Assembly: GCF_001194135.2 (NCBI RefSeq)
Contig: NC_068990.1
Location: 39,897,182 to 39,934,930, forward strand
Reading direction: 5' to 3'
From: Octopus bimaculoides
Lineage: Eukaryota
DNA: 37,749 nucleotides
Below the pieces are notes generated by a model that worked only from the letters and a program-made list of their open reading frames with translations, made no database searches and had not been told where the DNA came from. Shown piece after piece: positions 35,222-37,749 of this stretch (positions within the stretch are counted from its first letter, which is position 1; every line of letters begins with the position of its first letter). Position numbers and translations under genes: made by a program.

Positions 35222-35345
35222 TTTTTGTTTTGTTTTGTTTGAGGTCAACCTGATCAAGAAGCCCTATGATCAAACATTTTTCAGTCCCAACCATCCCATA
35301 TTTTTCAAAGCCTTGTGTACGTAGGGACATCAATATCTAATGTAT
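35222..35345 (-). mobile_element. copy of the 23930-24127 repeat family, reverse orientation
   Basis: GAGGTCAACCTGATCAAGAAGCCCTATGATCAAA...CAACCATCCC is the reverse complement of the family tail. Confidence 0.55.
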
Positions 35346-35581
35346 ATCTCCTTTTTTCATAAGCTTGTTCTTGTATGACATAAGGGACAATTAACTGCTA
35401 TTTCTATCAAGTCAAACAACTTCATAAAGTTTTTATCATTGATCCTGTTCCTTCAGTTGTGATTCATTCATCTCCTATCACTTTGCAAGGGCCATTTGCT
35501 GCCTAAAGCTTCTGCACCAAGTATTTTGTGATATGCCGTTGCTGGTGATAGTACACTGACTTGCATCATGCCAGCAGTACT

Positions 35582-35762
35582 GTGACAATGCTCTTCTCAA
35601 TACATGGGACGTACAAGTTAAGACAATATGTTGTACTTCCTGCATGGATGGTAAGCTAGGGATCATTCTTAAATAATTTTCAGTTCCTTTTTTTTTTTTT
35701 TGATCATTCCAAGTACTCCTACAATCACTGGTATTGTAACTGTCTTGAGATGCCACATCTTT
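35582..35762 (-). mobile_element. R4/Dong-type LINE RLE-domain C-terminus, copy 1
   Basis: Frameshift-corrected translation gives KMWHLKTVTIPVIVGVLGMI.KKGTENYLRMIPSLPSMQEVQHIVLTCTSHVLRRALS. This fits the restriction-like endonuclease C-terminal motif W...V..IP(I/V)VIGALG...LQK..LLGT..ILR. Confidence 0.8.
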
Positions 35763-36063
35763 TCAATCAACTACCCCCTCCCCCAAAATTACAGGCTTTG
35801 TGCCTATAATGGACATTATTAACATCATGTCTGAGATGTGCACAGGGTGATGAAACAGGCCTGCATGCTGAACAGTGAGTTTATGTAAAACTCCTTCGGT
35901 CACATGTGGAACAGCTCCAGGTATCAAATGTATCATCATGAAGATTATCCCACAGCCTTCCTTTAACCAGGGAATGCAGGCAGTTTTATCTACCTGGTGG
36001 CCATGGCGAAAGATTTTATGGTGGAAAAGATTGAAGGGAGGAAAAAAAGGAAAGAAATTCACG

Positions 36064-36243
36064 ATGACAATGCTCTTCTCAATACATGTGACATACAAGT
36101 TAAGACAATATTTTGTACTTCCTGCATGGATGGTAAGCTAGGACTCATTCTCAAATAATTTTCAGTTCCATTTCTTTTTACCATTCCAAGTACTCCTACA
36201 ATCACTGGTATTGTAACTGTCTTCAGATGCCACATCTTTTTTT
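36064..36243 (-). mobile_element. R4/Dong-type LINE RLE-domain C-terminus, copy 2 (direct repeat of 35582-35762)
   Basis: It has the same start and end points as copy 1 and differs at about ten positions plus poly-T length. Confidence 0.8.
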
Positions 36244-36244
36244 G

Positions 36245-36335
36245 GGGTATGTGTCATGGTTTGCTGTGATGCTCTTATTTTTACTGTATTGAAAGTGTTT
36301 TACATGGAAAGTGTGCAGTGCCTACTAGTGCTTAT
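36245..36335 (-). mobile_element. 3' end of a second R4/Dong-type subfamily
   Basis: Reads ALVGTAH..KTLSIQ* plus the 3'UTR start AAGAGCATCACAGCAAACCA, homologous to 37481-37550. Confidence 0.65.
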
Positions 36336-36344
36336 TATTATTAC

Positions 36345-36399
<55 letters not shown>

Positions 36400-36419
36400 T
36401 CAAAATATTTGTATCTCAC

Positions 36420-36537
36420 CCCTATGATAGAATTTAGGTGGGTTTACTCTTGACATCAGCGATCCAAGAACTTTCAAACGATCTTCGCTGTCCTTAACAA
36501 GCAGGTCAGTTATATGCATCCTAAGTGCCTCTGCAAG
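36420..36537. other. exon-like unique island between microsatellites; strand unresolved
   Basis: Plus strand: acceptors at 36437/36459 and donors CAG|gtcagt (36504) and AAG|gtaatc (36537). Minus strand: 111-nt phase 1-1 exon 36530-36420 reading EALRMHITDLLVKDSEDRLKVLGSLMSRVNPPKFYHR, with donor GGG|gtgaga. Confidence 0.25.
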
Positions 36538-36625
36538 GTAATCTTTTCTGTCCCTTCCTATTAACATTATCCTCCTCATCACCATCATCATTATCATTAT
36601 TATCATTATTATTATTATTATTAAG

Positions 36626-36836
36626 ACCATGAGCTGGCAGAATCATTAGTATGCCGGGCAGAATGATTAGCATCATTTCATGTCTTTATGTTCTGGGTTC
36701 AACTTCCACCAAGGTTGACTTTGCCTTTCATCCTTTCGAGGTTGATAAAATAAGTACCAGTTGAATTCTAGGGTTGATGTAATTGACTCATCCCCACCTC
36801 CCCCAAACTTCCCTTGTGGCAAGAATTTCAAATGAT
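36626..36836 (+). mobile_element. tRNA-derived SINE with Nin/Deu-type domain
   Basis: The head is GAGCTGGCAGAATCATTAG...GGTTCAACTTCC and the core is GACTTTGCCTTTCATCCTTTCGAGGTTGATAAAATAAGTACCAGT. It ends in (ATT)n. Confidence 0.8.
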
Positions 36837-36846
36837 TATTATTTAT

Positions 36847-37057
36847 GGTGGTGAGCTGGTAGAAAGGTTAGGGCACTGGGCAAAATGCTTTGTGGCACTT
36901 TGACCATCTTTATGTTCTGAGTTCAAATTCCACTGGGTAAACTTTGTTTTCATCCTTTCAGAGTCAATAACATAAGTACCAGTTGAACACTGGGGTCGAT
37001 GTAATTGACTTAACATCTCCCCCAAACTTGCTTCTCTTGTACCAAAATTTGAAGCCA
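36847..37057 (+). mobile_element. second, tandem copy of the Nin/Deu-type SINE
   Basis: It is collinear with 36626-36836, e.g. GAGTTCAAATTCC and TTTCATCCTTTCAGAGTCAATAACATAAGTACCAGTTGAAC. Confidence 0.8.
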
Positions 37058-37365
37058 TTATTATTGTTGTTGTTGTTGTTTTTGTTGTTACTTTCATTAT
37101 TATCATTCACCCAGTTACTGGCCCAGCTTGTTGCTCTTGTTGTTTTTACTGCTGTTCTAATTCTTATTGTTTAGAATTATTATCATTATTTTTGTTGATG
37201 CCTTTCTAATATTATTGTGACCATTGTCCTTCTTTACTTATTTCTTCTTGTTCTTCAATTTCTACTTTAAGTGTACAATTTTAATTGGTCCTTATCTGTA
37301 AATCTGTCTTTGTTTCAAATGTGTGTTATTGTTGTCTAATCATGTTCTTGTTATCAAACTAGCCT

Positions 37366-37377
37366 TATTATTATTAA

Positions 37378-37417
<40 letters not shown>

Positions 37418-37749
37418 GTTCAGTAGTTTTATTTTTATAACGTGCTTTCACTTCACTACCGAGCGCAGCTCTGTGCGCCTTGGGTATGTGCTGTGGTTTG
37501 CTGTGATGCTCTTATGGTTACTGTATGTGTGCAGTGCCCAGTAGTGCAATTTTCTGTATGTTATATATATTTGTGAGTCCTGGTGTTTTTGTTATGTATT
37601 TGTCTGAATATTTTTTTATTATACCTAAGGCACCTACTATGATAGGAATTGTTTCTGTTTTTAGATTCCACATTCGAGTTATCTCTATTTCCAGGTCTTT
37701 GTATTTTGAAAGTTTTTCCATTTCTTTTAGAGAAACGTTGTCATCTGCT
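37366..37749 (-). mobile_element. R4/Dong-type LINE 3' end (RLE C-terminus, 3'UTR, (TAA)n tail/target); runs off the window end
   Basis: Translation gives ADDNVSLKEMEKLSKYKDLEIEITRMWNLKTETIPIIVGALGIIKK...IQKIALLGTAHIQ*, containing the KxxKY..L RLE motif. The 3'UTR is CpG-intact and leads directly into (TAA)n. Confidence 0.88.

Noticed and set aside
24365-36243. Both local duplications have a ~480-bp offset
   Set aside because: The offsets drift (480-506 versus 477-482) and the sequences are unrelated. Two cases are not enough to separate this from coincidence.
36420-36460. RVNPPKF as myosin-head NPPKF motif
   Set aside because: The flanking conserved residues (following EK.EDM..LT.L) are absent.
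2120-37544. Numerous Y/I/C/V/H/T-, L/S/F- and poly-residue ORFs
   Set aside because: They are translations of (TA)n, (CA)n, (AG)n and trinucleotide repeats, which lack stops in some frames.

Overview
This is AT-rich, microsatellite-dense eukaryotic DNA with eight N-gaps (about 3.6 kb in total), each bordered on at least one side by a simple repeat. The SINE and LINE families match, from memory, those typical of octopus genomes, so this is most likely intronic or intergenic cephalopod DNA. That assignment is an inference, not a database result. No recognisable host protein-coding gene, rRNA, intact tRNA or CRISPR array is present, and almost all ORFs in the supplied track are microsatellite or N-gap artefacts. 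The supportable content is mostly decayed mobile elements. There are two distinct Penelope-like retroelements: a young CpG-rich RT fragment at 1-198 and an old RT + GIY-YIG copy at about 13540-16990 split by a mariner. There are also RTE-type LINE ends, four R4/Dong-type RLE LINE 3' fragments clustered near (TAA)n tracts, a DD37D maT and two DD34D mariner relics, a mariner MITE, and about a dozen tRNA-derived SINE copies. The most unusual object is a 544-bp foldback element (10058-10601) with about 73-bp TIRs and a perfect 9-bp target-site duplication (GTCCTGGCC). Each of its TIRs carries an octamer (ATTTGCAT) next to a CCAAT box. Other points of interest are two local ~180-240-bp direct duplications enclosing filler DNA, an inverted SINE pair that could form dsRNA, several degenerate satellites, and a few unconfirmed exon-like segments (27492-27662 +, 32669-33198 +, 10765-10827 -, 36420-36537). 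Boundaries of degenerate elements are approximate.
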